64,000 nucleotides of DNA from an uncultured Clostridia bacterium (GCA_944362965.1 CALVTR010000006.1:27855-91854); one strand, 5' to 3'; counted from the stretch's first letter, positions 9,682-18,853 are shown. Made by a program: numbers and translations. Notes: generated by a model from the letters alone, not told the origin.

Positions 9682-10350
9682 ATGATAATGCTTCCAATAA
9701 TTTTAATAGGCGTTGTGTGCCTCGCAATGTGCGTTCTATACGCGATTTTTCAAGATGTGGGTGAGTGGCAAGGATTTGTTGTAAGATCGCTCACAGGTTT
9801 ATTTTTGCTCATTTATGCGGTAATAACGATAAATTTAACATCAACTATAAATGCATTCTCGCTTTTCATAGCAATAGCTGCGGCTATAACAATGTTCTAT
9901 GAAGGATTGCAAACAAGCAAAATCACAAGCGTGCAGGCAAAGACCATGCTCAGCGGAATTAGTAAGGCACTAGTTTATTTGTCAACTGCACTTGGCATTA
10001 TGTCACTCGCTGAATTTAACGGACTGGCTTTTGCTGGCGGACTACTTCTAGGTCTTGGTCTAGGTCTTATGGTCTGGGCAATCAAGAAATACAAAAATAT
10101 ATCAGATATTCTTTCAACAATCTTTATATTTGCTGCACTTGGGCTTGGCGTAGGCTTCAGCATAAATAGTTTGATCACAACAAGACATTTAATCAGTGCT
10201 ATTGTCACAGCTGTTGCCACATTCTTATTGCTTCTAAGTGAATTTTTAGCACACTTCTTAAAGGAAGGAAAGGCAAATTCAATTACATGCTCAACTCTAA
10301 GAAATATTGCTTTAATAATGCTTGTAGTTTCAATATATCTATTTAGTTAA
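9682..10350 (+). CDS. Hypothetical polytopic membrane protein
   Basis: 222 aa with 6-7 predicted TM helices. A hairpin terminator follows at about 10364-10392. No family recognised. Confidence 0.5.
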   Translation: MIMLPIILIGVVCLAMCVLYAIFQDVGEWQGFVVRSLTGLFLLIYAVITINLTSTINAFSLFIAIAAAITMFYEGLQTSKITSVQAKTMLSGISKALVYLSTALGIMSLAEFNGLAFAGGLLLGLGLGLMVWAIKKYKNISDILSTIFIFAALGLGVGFSINSLITTRHLISAIVTAVATFLLLLSEFLAHFLKEGKANSITCSTLRNIALIMLVVSIYLFS

Positions 10351-10522
10351 TTATAATATAATAAAACTCCTACTATTTTATAGGAGTTTTTTGTTGTAAA
10401 ATACAAGAGAATTTTCTTGCGTAAGATATATTATTTTTTAACAAATTATTATATGATAAGAAAATTTATATGTTTTAAGGGGAGTAATTGACAAAAAATT
10501 ACAAAATAAATACAAAAAAGTA

Positions 10523-10551
10523 TTGACAAAACGACAAAAAGGGCATATACT
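10523..10551 (+). promoter_or_regulatory. Promoter of tRNA-fMet
   Basis: TTGACA (10523-10528), 17-nt spacer, TATACT (10546-10551), 27 nt upstream of the tRNA 5' end. Confidence 0.5.
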
Positions 10552-10578
10552 ATTATTGTGCTTGAAAAAGCTATATAT

Positions 10579-10655
10579 CGCGGGATGGAGCAGCTCGGAA
10601 GCTCGTCGGGCTCATAACCCGAAGGTCGTTGGTTCAAATCCAACTCCCGCAACCA
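10579..10655 (+). tRNA. Initiator tRNA-Met (anticodon CAT), CCA encoded
   Basis: CGCGGGATGGAGCAGCTCGGAAGCTCGTCGGGCTCATAACCCGAAGGTCGTTGGTTCAAATCCAACTCCCGCAACCA. C1/A72 mismatch and GGG/CCC in the anticodon stem are initiator hallmarks. Confidence 0.95.
10611..10655 (+). repeat. attL core (element-supplied 3' part of tRNA-fMet)
   Basis: CTCATAACCCGAAGGTCGTTGGTTCAAATCCAACTCCCGCAACCA, identical to 21454-21498. Confidence 0.85.
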
Positions 10656-10774
10656 TTTATTTATAAGGGCTATAGAGATTTTACTGAATATAGAATTATA
10701 CGTTTTGACTCTCAATTTGACTCTCAAAATTTCAGAAGAATTTATATTAAGCCTTTTAGATGACTAGGTTTTGC

Positions 10775-11164
10775 CTAGTCTTTTTCTTTTTCAATCTCAT
10801 ACATTTTATCTAAAGTATACTTGAATAATTTTTTATATACACCTTTAGATGCATCCATACAATTATTTAATTTAAGTTTTAATTTATCCCATTTACTATC
10901 TGCATTATTATCTTTATATTTTTGACTCTTAGTCATACGAGCTAATATTGGCATTACATATACTTGCAATTTTATATCATTATTCAATAATTCTTTGCTA
11001 GTAAAAGGGCATATTCCGTTATGCTCAAGATAGAACAACAATGCTTGTAAATATTCCATACGTTTTTTCTCTTTAGCAATCTTTGCCTCTAGAGCATAAA
11101 TAATACCACAAGAATTTGAAATTGCCTTATCAATATCTTCTATATCAATATATTTATTTTTCAT
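10775..11164 (-). CDS. Hypothetical protein (element)
   Basis: I prefer the start at MKNKYIDIEDI (ATG 11164), which has an AAAGGAAAGG RBS; the track start 11209 would overlap rep. No family recognised. Confidence 0.5.
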   Translation of the reverse strand: MKNKYIDIEDIDKAISNSCGIIYALEAKIAKEKKRMEYLQALLFYLEHNGICPFTSKELLNNDIKLQVYVMPILARMTKSQKYKDNNADSKWDKLKLKLNNCMDASKGVYKKLFKYTLDKMYEIEKEKD

Positions 11165-11180
11165 TTTTTCACCTTTCCTT

Positions 11181-12260
11181 TTAAAATGGCAAATCATCAT
11201 TATTGCCACTATACAAAGTAAGTTCTATTTGCTCTGCTTGTTTATTGTATCTATCAAAAACTATTTTTGCTCTTCCGTATTTGTCATACTCAAGCACTTG
11301 TTTAATACGTTTTTTACGACCATAAGGTTTTTGCTCACTCTGTGGTATATCTTCATATATAGTTTCACGTTCCACAAATATATCAGTAGGGGAGTTTATA
11401 CGTATAACTTTACTTAAACGTCTAACAAAGCCGTTATATTGACTTATATTCTCTTCCTGTTCTTGCTTATATAACTCTTTATAGTGAAAGTTAGATATTA
11501 TATAAACTTTTGTAAAACAAGCCTGTCCTAGAAAGTTAAGCCCACGAAGTTTAACTGGTAAAAAGTCAAGCAAACGGTTCATAAACTGTATATTGAATTG
11601 ACCAACGCCTTTAAACTCATCTATGACTAATATATCTTCACCTGCATAGCCTGTAAATGCTGAATTATCAAACGTATCAACATAGAAATAGTTTTCATTA
11701 CGTATTAGGTCACGAACATAAGTTGTTTTGCCTGAACCACTAGGTCCATATATGTATATCACTTCAACGTCACGTTCTTGCTTTTTAAAAAGCTCAGATT
11801 TTTTAAGTGTTCTTAATTTATCAAGCTTATTAAATTCTTTTAAAAATAAGCTAGGGTATAATTCACGAAGTTGTAAATCACTTGCACCGCTATCAATCAA
11901 TTCATAGAAATCTTTTAAATCAGTTCTTTCGCCTTTCTCAGTAAATGTGCCATCTTCATAAGGTCCTGATATACGTGTTTCAGTTTTAGAGCAATAATCA
12001 CGGCATTGAATATTTGAGCCTTGTGCTTTTTCAATATGGGCAGTAGGGAAGTATCCTTTAATAGTGCTAAAACGTTTACTAATAGTAAAAACTATATATA
12101 TTTGAAAATGAATAGTTCCTTTTTCTTCGCCTTTTTCACGTTGAAAGATGTAATATTTAAAATGCTCTAAATTCTTTAAATAATTTTGCATTTCTTCGTC
12201 TGTTTCTTTAGGGTTATTTATTGTTAAAACCCATCTACGTGCTTGTGAATTTTCTTCCAT
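11181..12260 (-). CDS. rep: Rolling-circle replication initiator, circovirus/CRESS-type HUH endonuclease fused to an SF3 helicase
   Basis: 359 aa with ordered motifs: RRWVLTINNP (motif I), GTIHFQIYIVF (motif II, HUH-type), DYCSK (motif III, catalytic Tyr), GPSGSGKT (Walker A), LVIDEF (Walker B), YIISNF (motif C). Confidence 0.85.
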   Translation of the reverse strand: MEENSQARRWVLTINNPKETDEEMQNYLKNLEHFKYYIFQREKGEEKGTIHFQIYIVFTISKRFSTIKGYFPTAHIEKAQGSNIQCRDYCSKTETRISGPYEDGTFTEKGERTDLKDFYELIDSGASDLQLRELYPSLFLKEFNKLDKLRTLKKSELFKKQERDVEVIYIYGPSGSGKTTYVRDLIRNENYFYVDTFDNSAFTGYAGEDILVIDEFKGVGQFNIQFMNRLLDFLPVKLRGLNFLGQACFTKVYIISNFHYKELYKQEQEENISQYNGFVRRLSKVIRINSPTDIFVERETIYEDIPQSEQKPYGRKKRIKQVLEYDKYGRAKIVFDRYNKQAEQIELTLYSGNNDDLPF

Positions 12261-12293
12261 GATATACTCCTATTTATATCAAGACTTTGACGC

Positions 12294-12399
12294 GCGTCAA
12301 GGTATGCGTCAAGATGCGTCAAGGTTAAATTAAAAAATTAAAATGCTATAAGCCTTTATTTATAAGGTTTTTTGATTTTTAGGCGTCAATGCGTCAAGG
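12294..12399 (-). repeat. Iterons GCGTCAA(G/T), five copies, between the origin stem-loop and the rep start
   Basis: Copies at 12294-12302, 12306-13, 12316-24, 12383-90 and 12391-99. The last copy forms part of the stem. Confidence 0.7.
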
Positions 12400-12432
12400 T
12401 TCAAGGGTAATACTAACCTTGAACCTTGTCGC
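12391..12432 (-). promoter_or_regulatory. Putative rolling-circle origin: stem-loop presenting the nonanucleotide TAGTATTAC
   Basis: Stem 12395-12406 CAAGGTTCAAGG pairs with 12417-12428 CCTTGAACCTTG, extendable to 16 bp with one mismatch. Loop 12407-12416 GTAATACTAA reads TTAGTATTAC on the rep (minus) strand. Confidence 0.75.
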
Positions 12433-12660
12433 GTATCCAACTTGTTGGGCTTGGCGAGCCATCGCCCAACAAGTCAAGTTGTATCGAAGAAACAACCTTC
12501 TCATGCGGATTTTTAAAACTTGGGCTCTGCCCAAACCCGCCAATACTCTAGAGTATTGGATGAGCTTTCTTCGCTCGACCGCTAGGCAACTCCGGAACGG
12601 GTGTTCCGAAGCAGGGCAAGTATGAGCGAAGTGACCCGCTTGTCAAGTAAAAATTTGCAT
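12433..12660. other. GC-rich hairpin cluster (candidate complementary-strand origin or packaging signal)
   Basis: CTTGTTGGGC (12441-50) / GCCCAACAAG (12464-73). Outer stem CGAAGAAA (12485-92) / TTTCTTCG (12566-73) encloses TTGGGC-tct-GCCCAA (12520-34) and the 20-nt perfect palindrome CCAATACTCTAGAGTATTGG (12540-59). CGGAAC-gggt-GTTCCG at 12593-12608. Confidence 0.5.
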
Positions 12661-12670
12661 TTATCTCCCG

Positions 12671-13045
12671 TTAGGCATAAACGACAAATTTTTTCTTGAC
12701 AAGCTGCTGTATCTCTTCGATTGAGTTCTTTGCTAGTATACACCTTTTATTTTTCTTCAGAAGTCCGCAAAAAGCTTCTTCTTGCGGAACTTCTGATTTT
12801 TCTGATTGTTTCTTCATGGCTTTCAGCCACAGTTGTTTCCTTCGATACAATGAAGGTATTTTATTGAGTTGACGTCGCATATCTTTCCAGACATATTTAC
12901 GAAATCTTTTTAAATGCTTATTATCTATAAAGTCCTCAGTATCTAAAGTAAGAGCAAAAGTTGCTGAATATTGACTAAAAACCTTTTGCAACAACTTATT
13001 CCTAGTAAAATCTAATTTTGGTTCTTCTTGTATTTTCTGAAACAT
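12671..13045 (-). CDS. Hypothetical basic protein (element)
   Basis: 124 aa. Its start overlaps the stop of the upstream ATPase gene (TAATG). No family recognised. Confidence 0.5.
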   Translation of the reverse strand: MFQKIQEEPKLDFTRNKLLQKVFSQYSATFALTLDTEDFIDNKHLKRFRKYVWKDMRRQLNKIPSLYRRKQLWLKAMKKQSEKSEVPQEEAFCGLLKKNKRCILAKNSIEEIQQLVKKKFVVYA

Positions 13046-13863
13046 TATGCCGCCTTCCTTTTTTGATAGAAATTATCAGGAAGTTCGTCGTCAACTTCCT
13101 TGAGATATTTAACCACAGCTTCAAAGTTATCGTCCGTAGGTTCTGCATATTTTAAATCAAAGTCTTCATCTAAATGACCTTCATAGAATTTAGGCTTGCA
13201 ATTTTGACTGTCGTATAAGGCAAAAACGTTATAATCAGCAACAACAGTCTCTTCAGTATAACAAGTTTTATCTTTCTTACCACTAGCCATATATCTATCA
13301 AATAAAGCACTATTATCAATATGTCTTATAGTCCAAGTAAGCTTGTCAACCTTGCCATTTTCATTTTTATGTATATTTAATTTAGCGATTTCAATAAAAC
13401 TAGCAAGTTCCCGGATATTCACGTCTATAAGCATAGGACGTTGAGTATCGAGAAATATATCTATGTTGTCATGACCATGCTGTTCATACCAACGTGATTG
13501 CCAGTCAGGGAAATACATGCTCATTCTTGAATTAAGATATTTTTGTGCTTCAGTGATACCGATAACTTCATAGGGCAGGTTAAAGTGTGTTTTGACATAA
13601 TTATTTGCGAAGCCTAATCTAAAAGGATTAATACGCCTAGAATAACGACGACTATACCCAAACTTTTTAAATGCAATATCATAATTTGCTGCCACACAAT
13701 GGGTAGGTATTGTTTTTATGTTTTTAAAACCATTAAGCTTTTTATAAAGAACTTCACGCTGCATAGCTCTATTACGCACTTTATCATAAGCATAAGTATT
13801 TAATATATGGGTCAAAAAACAAGTTTTCCCTGTTCTTGGTGGAGCAAATATTATTGTTATCAT
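13045..13863 (-). CDS. Zot/pI-like P-loop ATPase (filamentous-phage assembly ATPase family)
   Basis: MITIIFAPPRTGKT (Walker A), VIGITEAQ (Walker B-like), EQHGHDNIDIFLDTQRPMLIDVNIRELA (Zot-type HRH-G-D-ii-TQ block). I prefer ATG 13863 with an AAGGAAA RBS; the track begins at TTG 13884. No C-terminal TM segment is seen. Confidence 0.65.
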   Translation of the reverse strand: MITIIFAPPRTGKTCFLTHILNTYAYDKVRNRAMQREVLYKKLNGFKNIKTIPTHCVAANYDIAFKKFGYSRRYSRRINPFRLGFANNYVKTHFNLPYEVIGITEAQKYLNSRMSMYFPDWQSRWYEQHGHDNIDIFLDTQRPMLIDVNIRELASFIEIAKLNIHKNENGKVDKLTWTIRHIDNSALFDRYMASGKKDKTCYTEETVVADYNVFALYDSQNCKPKFYEGHLDEDFDLKYAEPTDDNFEAVVKYLKEVDDELPDNFYQKRKAA

Positions 13864-13877
13864 TTTATTTATTTTCC

Positions 13878-13979
13878 TTGACAAATTTATTTTTTTAGCA
13901 TATACTAATTATGTCAAGATTTTGACAGCGCAGTTTATTCTGCGACAGGTATGAACGGAATATTTTTCCGTTCTTTTTT
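13878..13979 (+). ncRNA. Candidate short plus-strand (antisense) transcript: consensus promoter plus intrinsic terminator
   Basis: TTGACA (13878-83), 17-nt spacer, TATACT (13901-06). Hairpin GAACGGAA (13953-60) / TTCCGTTC (13966-73) followed by T6. Predicted RNA of ~65 nt. No expression data. Confidence 0.25.
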
Positions 13980-14397
13980 ATTTTCTACCTTTTAACTTTC
14001 TAACTCTCATTCTATTTGACTTAGAATTTTTAGAAGTCTTAAATAAAATTCTCTTTATTTGAGATATTTCATTTTTATTAAAATCATAAGAACTTTTATT
14101 TTCTAAAAAATACTTATTTCTCTTTATTGGCTTATTTCTAAAATCACGAGTTTCAACAAAAGGTTTTATTTTTGATTTGCCTTGTCTATATGTTTTTATA
14201 GGAATGCCTTTATTAGACATAGTAAGCTTAACAACTGCTAGTTCGTTATTCCTATTACTATCAACAACTACAACTCGTCTATAATAACCTTTTACGTTAG
14301 GTTTTCTATAATTTTCAGCGCCATAGAAATAATTATCTTTTGTTTGAAAAGTTCTTCCATTAGGTATCTTTATAGATATATTTTTCTTTCTTGACAT
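13978..14397 (-). CDS. Highly basic hypothetical protein (possible nucleic-acid-binding or structural protein)
   Basis: 139 aa, K/R-rich throughout. No family recognised. Confidence 0.5.
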   Translation of the reverse strand: MSRKKNISIKIPNGRTFQTKDNYFYGAENYRKPNVKGYYRRVVVVDSNRNNELAVVKLTMSNKGIPIKTYRQGKSKIKPFVETRDFRNKPIKRNKYFLENKSSYDFNKNEISQIKRILFKTSKNSKSNRMRVRKLKGRK

Positions 14398-14467
14398 ATT
14401 AGCTCCATTAAAAGCTTAAAAATAAAGGCAAAAATATATCTTGCCTTTATTTTTGCTTAAGTATTAT

Positions 14468-14686
14468 TTATTTAGTTTCTTGCTTAGGTTCATCGTCAAT
14501 TACAAGGCCAAGTCTAAGCAAGTTATCAGTTGATGGGAAAAACATAATTTCTTTACCATTTTTTCCCTTAACTTTGAAGCATGCATAAGGCTTTCCACTG
14601 TCTTTGCCGACACCTTCAAATACTTCCATGCTCTCAACTACTGATTTTAATTCTTTTGCTAAATTTTCTCTTTTAATAATTTTCAT
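14468..14686 (-). CDS. Small hypothetical protein (element)
   Basis: I prefer the start MKIIKRENL (ATG 14686) preceded by AAAAAAGGAGAAAAGG. 72 aa. Confidence 0.45.
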   Translation of the reverse strand: MKIIKRENLAKELKSVVESMEVFEGVGKDSGKPYACFKVKGKNGKEIMFFPSTDNLLRLGLVIDDEPKQETK

Positions 14687-14830
14687 TTTCCTTTTCTCCT
14701 TTTTTATTATTTGATTACTTACTTCAGGGCCCTTTGAAATAAGTATCTGGTGAAGCAAGAGCAATAGGAGAGAAATACTCTTGCAACTGGTAGCAGGTTA
14801 CTTTTAAATTGTTGTAGCCTGCATAAACAA

Positions 14831-15043
14831 TCAATTTTCTATAGCAGATATAACAAGTGCTTTCTTAATACGTTTATACTCACTGCCTGTCCAAAAGATA
14901 TAGTAAAATTCAGTGGAACGACAAAACATAACATGCTTAATAATTTCTTTTATCTTATCAAATGAATTATTCCACTTGATTTTTATAGACCTTTCATAAG
15001 TTACGTCATAATATCGACCTAAAAGAAAACTAAATTTTTCCAT
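14831..15043 (-). CDS. Small hypothetical protein (element)
   Basis: 70 aa, tightly packed after the LRR gene. Confidence 0.4.
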   Translation of the reverse strand: MEKFSFLLGRYYDVTYERSIKIKWNNSFDKIKEIIKHVMFCRSTEFYYIFWTGSEYKRIKKALVISAIEN

Positions 15044-15045
15044 AA

Positions 15046-16089
15046 TTAAATACCCATTTCAACATTAGACAAAATAAGGTCAGTCACGTTGACACCGTAA
15101 ATGTTAGAGCCATAATTAGTAGTAAAATAATCGATATATGATTGATACATAGTCTCTGGAACATATACATAGTCAATTAAACTATTTAAATATGCATCAT
15201 AAAAATCAACTATTTGCGTTTCATTTGAAATGATAAGATTATGTATAGTTGAACCTAAAAACGCAGTAGAAGATAGCTCTATAACATTTTCAGGTAAAAC
15301 AAGTGACGTCATTTCTAAAGTATAATATGCACCATCTATTGCAGTTACTGTTGATGGTATAGTTGTGTTGCTGCAAGCTACAACCAAAGTATTTGTTGCA
15401 GTTTCAATAATAGCATTGCAGTTTTCTCTGCTATCATAAACAGAATTATCAAGTGATACTACTATTGTTTCAAGTGAAAGGCCACTTCCAATCACTACTT
15501 CTCCAATACTTGTCACACTTGATGGAATATATAGCTCTAACAAACTATCACAATTTAGAAAAGCTCTGCTGCCTATAGTCTCTAAACCTTCATTTAAAAT
15601 AACACTTTCAAGATTAAAACACGTATCAAAAGCATTATTTTCAAGTTCGACAATAGTAGTTGGCAATATTACTGATTTTAGTGTTTCTGAATAATTAAAA
15701 ATATTTTCACCTATAACTGTCACTTGATAGTCATCACCTTCAATAAAGTTGCCTTCGTCATCGATTGAATATGAAGAAGGAAGTTCAACATAAGCATCAT
15801 TACCAAAATAACGAACTATTTTATTCTCATAAAACTCATAGTCAGAAACATTGCAAACATAAGTTATTTTTCCCGGTTCGTCAGTTTCTCCTGTATCTTC
15901 ACTTGGCTCTTCTGGCTCTTCAGTTTCTCCTGTATCTTCGCTAGGATTATCTTCATCCGGTTGTATAGTCTCTTCTTCAGCTATGCCAAACCAAGTATTG
16001 ACTATACTAGGCTCAATTAAGTAGGTTATACCAACACCTGCTACTAAAATTAGAATTAAAGAAAATATAATTAAATAAGCTTTTTTCAT
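15046..16089 (-). CDS. Membrane-anchored BspA-type leucine-rich-repeat surface protein
   Basis: N-terminal TM (MKKAYLIIFSLILILVAGVGITYLI), acidic PEDTGETEEP repeats, then LRR_5-like repeats (IGENIFNYSETLKSVILP, LENNAFDTCFNLESVIL, IGSRAFLNCDSLLELYIPSSVTSIG). Confidence 0.65.
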   Translation of the reverse strand: MKKAYLIIFSLILILVAGVGITYLIEPSIVNTWFGIAEEETIQPDEDNPSEDTGETEEPEEPSEDTGETDEPGKITYVCNVSDYEFYENKIVRYFGNDAYVELPSSYSIDDEGNFIEGDDYQVTVIGENIFNYSETLKSVILPTTIVELENNAFDTCFNLESVILNEGLETIGSRAFLNCDSLLELYIPSSVTSIGEVVIGSGLSLETIVVSLDNSVYDSRENCNAIIETATNTLVVACSNTTIPSTVTAIDGAYYTLEMTSLVLPENVIELSSTAFLGSTIHNLIISNETQIVDFYDAYLNSLIDYVYVPETMYQSYIDYFTTNYGSNIYGVNVTDLILSNVEMGI

Positions 16090-17504
16090 TCTACCACCTC
16101 AACTTTTAACATGCCGGCATTTATAGTATCCCAAGCAAGCAAATCAATCGTTCCGTCACTATTTATGCCGAAAGAGAAATTAAACAAAATATCATTATAC
16201 GTTTCATTTATGTAATAAATATTTGAATTTGATTTTTCAAAAGTAAATGTTTGTTCATCGTTATATGTAAGAGTTATCACTCCGTCTATTTCACTAAGTG
16301 TGGCTGACCAAACTTCACGATTAAAACCATCAGTTCGAATTAGTGTCCAAACATTTGAATTAAGAGTAGTAATATACTCAACTTCTTCAGTTGAAATAAT
16401 ATCTACAGAATATGTATCTACGTCAATGTTCGGATAAGACATATACCAAAAATTAGTCATTGTCATACTGCCATTAGCAAAGGTATATTCGACCTTAAAA
16501 TATGTTTCTGCATCTTCAACTTCAAGTAAATTTAAATAATTTTCTTGAATAAAACTTGTTGGAATATTAACCGTAACAATGTTGTCTTCTATAGTAGAAA
16601 AATTTGTTAAAGATTCAGATATATCTATAAAATTAGTTAAATCTGAATTTAAAATTTCAATGCTATTTATAGTAGAACCTGTTATATTCATATAAGAATT
16701 AATAACAGGATAAGTCTCTCCGCTTGTATTTGCTGAAGAATAATAAGTTCTAACTGCAGCATTTACATTGTATGTCTCAGTTGTCTCTTCAAAGACTGCG
16801 TAAAGAGTGGTATCATTAGGGAAGAAATATCCTTGAAGCTCAATAGGTGTAGAGCCGTCAAGTGACCAACCTGTAAAGTTATAACCTATAAGCTTAGGGT
16901 CTTCTACATAGTGGTCAAATGAGCTATCAGCACTTGTAACTACTACGTCGTAATTATTATCATTTACTTTAAATGTAACTATACTTTGTCCTTCAAAGTT
17001 ATATGACGCAACAAGCTCTTCATAATATGTAACTGTATCTTCTAACGTTGAAACCGTGCTTTGAAGAGTAGATACTTGGCTTTCTAAAGTTGAAATAGTA
17101 TCTGCATATTCCGTTACCAAATCTTCGCTATCTTCTAAGTCAGATTGAAGCTGCGCTATCTGAGATTGCAAGCTTGAAATAGTAGTGTTTAAACCTTCAA
17201 TAGTTGATTGAAGCTCAGATATAGTTTCTTGTAAGTCTGCAATAGTTTCTGCATCTGATGCTGTTTGCTCATCTTTGCTGTCAAGCTGAAATTCTAATTC
17301 AACAATGTTGCCTTGCAAATTTTCAACTTGTATAATTAAATTATCTATTGTAGTTTCAAGCTGTGTTATATATGCTTGCGTATCTTGGCTATTCAATTCT
17401 TGATATTTATCATTGACATTTTTATACATTATGCCAAAGACAATACCGCAAATATCACCTGCCATAAACAATATAATCATTAAATAACCTAAAAATTTCT
17501 TCAT
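16086..17504 (-). CDS. Membrane-anchored coiled-coil protein with a Listeria-Bacteroides-type repeat
   Basis: N-terminal TM, heptad-like LQS/LES repeats (aa ~40-165), then GYNFTGWSLDG...TTLYAVF. ATGA overlap with the downstream gene. Confidence 0.55.
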   Translation of the reverse strand: MKKFLGYLMIILFMAGDICGIVFGIMYKNVNDKYQELNSQDTQAYITQLETTIDNLIIQVENLQGNIVELEFQLDSKDEQTASDAETIADLQETISELQSTIEGLNTTISSLQSQIAQLQSDLEDSEDLVTEYADTISTLESQVSTLQSTVSTLEDTVTYYEELVASYNFEGQSIVTFKVNDNNYDVVVTSADSSFDHYVEDPKLIGYNFTGWSLDGSTPIELQGYFFPNDTTLYAVFEETTETYNVNAAVRTYYSSANTSGETYPVINSYMNITGSTINSIEILNSDLTNFIDISESLTNFSTIEDNIVTVNIPTSFIQENYLNLLEVEDAETYFKVEYTFANGSMTMTNFWYMSYPNIDVDTYSVDIISTEEVEYITTLNSNVWTLIRTDGFNREVWSATLSEIDGVITLTYNDEQTFTFEKSNSNIYYINETYNDILFNFSFGINSDGTIDLLAWDTINAGMLKVEVVE

Positions 17505-17515
17505 GTTTTTTCTCC

Positions 17516-18853
17516 TTAACTATCTCTAAATAGTTCGAACGGCTTTTTGATAAGCCACCATAAACCTTTTAAAAAATAACAAAAACCTAAACATATGTAT
17601 TTTATAACCATTACAATAACTTTAAATATTAAAGGTAAAACACTTGGTGCTAAAATTGCAATTACTGCGATTATTGCTATAGTGACAACTATACCAACAA
17701 TAGATGATATCAATTTATCTAACCAATTTTCATTATCAGGCTTATTGTCACCTGTTTGTTTGTTATCAACAACTCCCAAATTATAAGTAATACCATCATT
17801 TTCAAACGTTAATTCTAAAATCGTAATATTTTCAACTTTTGTCCAATAAGTTAATACTGCTCCTACCAAAGGCGAAATAGTAAATTCTGTTTCAGTGAAT
17901 CTCAAAACCCAGTCTTTGCTTTTTACAGCATCTTCAATTTCTTCTTTTAAATCTACGGATTCTACAAACTCATTTGAGCTTTGTATTCGTTCCCAAGAAT
18001 ATTTCTTTACAAACACAGCTCCAGAACTAACACTAGCAACATCTGTATAATTTAAATTTATTGAGATAGGATCAGAGTATTCTCCGTTTATATTCTCGTT
18101 TAACATTGGAACTGTTATATATTCAACTTTGGCTGAAAGTAACTTATCAATTGGCTTATCTGTCGAAAATGCTACATATTGGCTATCACAAGCATTTGGA
18201 TCAAGAAAAAATCCACTTTCATATCTAATAAACCCTATATATTTATCAACTATATTTATTGTATCAGTAGTTATATATGCGTAATAGACTTTTCCATCAA
18301 CAGTCATGCAAGTCCATTCCTGACCAACCTTATAAGAACATTCACTTATTGTATTCCCTGTATTTTCTTCAGGTAATTCATCAACTCCATCTATAAATTT
18401 ACGAAATATTGATGAAATAACATAATATCTAACAGAATTTTGTTCAACAGTTAAATCATCAACCTTATATTTTTGTAAAGCACCCGAAGAATTTATATAT
18501 GTTAAAGTATAATTATTAAAATCTAAATTATTATCAATTCCTTTTGAAATATTTATACTAGTTGCATATTTTATAGCACTAGGCTGATAAACATAGATAA
18601 ACAATTCTTTATCTTCACTTTCAGCTATTTGAATTACTTGTAAAGAATAATTGTCAGAAATAATAGGGTAATTATCAATGCTAAAATTTTCATCTTTTTG
18701 CAAATCGTCAAGAACATTTGAATATTCAGTTTCTGCTGCGTAAACGTTAGTTGTTGCCGACGACATAGGCAGTAAAGAAAAAAGACAGAGTATAAGCATG
18801 AAAAAATACGCTAAATCAAATATTTTAAATTTACTTTTATTTTTCCTTGTCAT
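17516..18853 (-). CDS. Secreted protein with C-terminal membrane anchors (candidate adsorption or spike protein)
   Basis: 445 aa. Signal peptide ending TNVYA/AETEY, large ectodomain, two or three C-terminal TM helices. Confidence 0.5.
   Translation of the reverse strand: MTRKNKSKFKIFDLAYFFMLILCLFSLLPMSSATTNVYAAETEYSNVLDDLQKDENFSIDNYPIISDNYSLQVIQIAESEDKELFIYVYQPSAIKYATSINISKGIDNNLDFNNYTLTYINSSGALQKYKVDDLTVEQNSVRYYVISSIFRKFIDGVDELPEENTGNTISECSYKVGQEWTCMTVDGKVYYAYITTDTINIVDKYIGFIRYESGFFLDPNACDSQYVAFSTDKPIDKLLSAKVEYITVPMLNENINGEYSDPISINLNYTDVASVSSGAVFVKKYSWERIQSSNEFVESVDLKEEIEDAVKSKDWVLRFTETEFTISPLVGAVLTYWTKVENITILELTFENDGITYNLGVVDNKQTGDNKPDNENWLDKLISSIVGIVVTIAIIAVIAILAPSVLPLIFKVIVMVIKYICLGFCYFLKGLWWLIKKPFELFRDS

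Noticed and set aside
10449-10727. 92-aa minus-strand ORF
   Set aside because: It runs antisense across the tRNA-fMet gene and its promoter. It has no RBS and is an artefact of the GC-rich tRNA sequence.
12389-12625. 78-aa plus-strand ORF in the element
   Set aside because: It lies entirely in the hairpin-dense origin region, opposite to all neighbouring genes, with no RBS. The region is better explained as cis-acting DNA.
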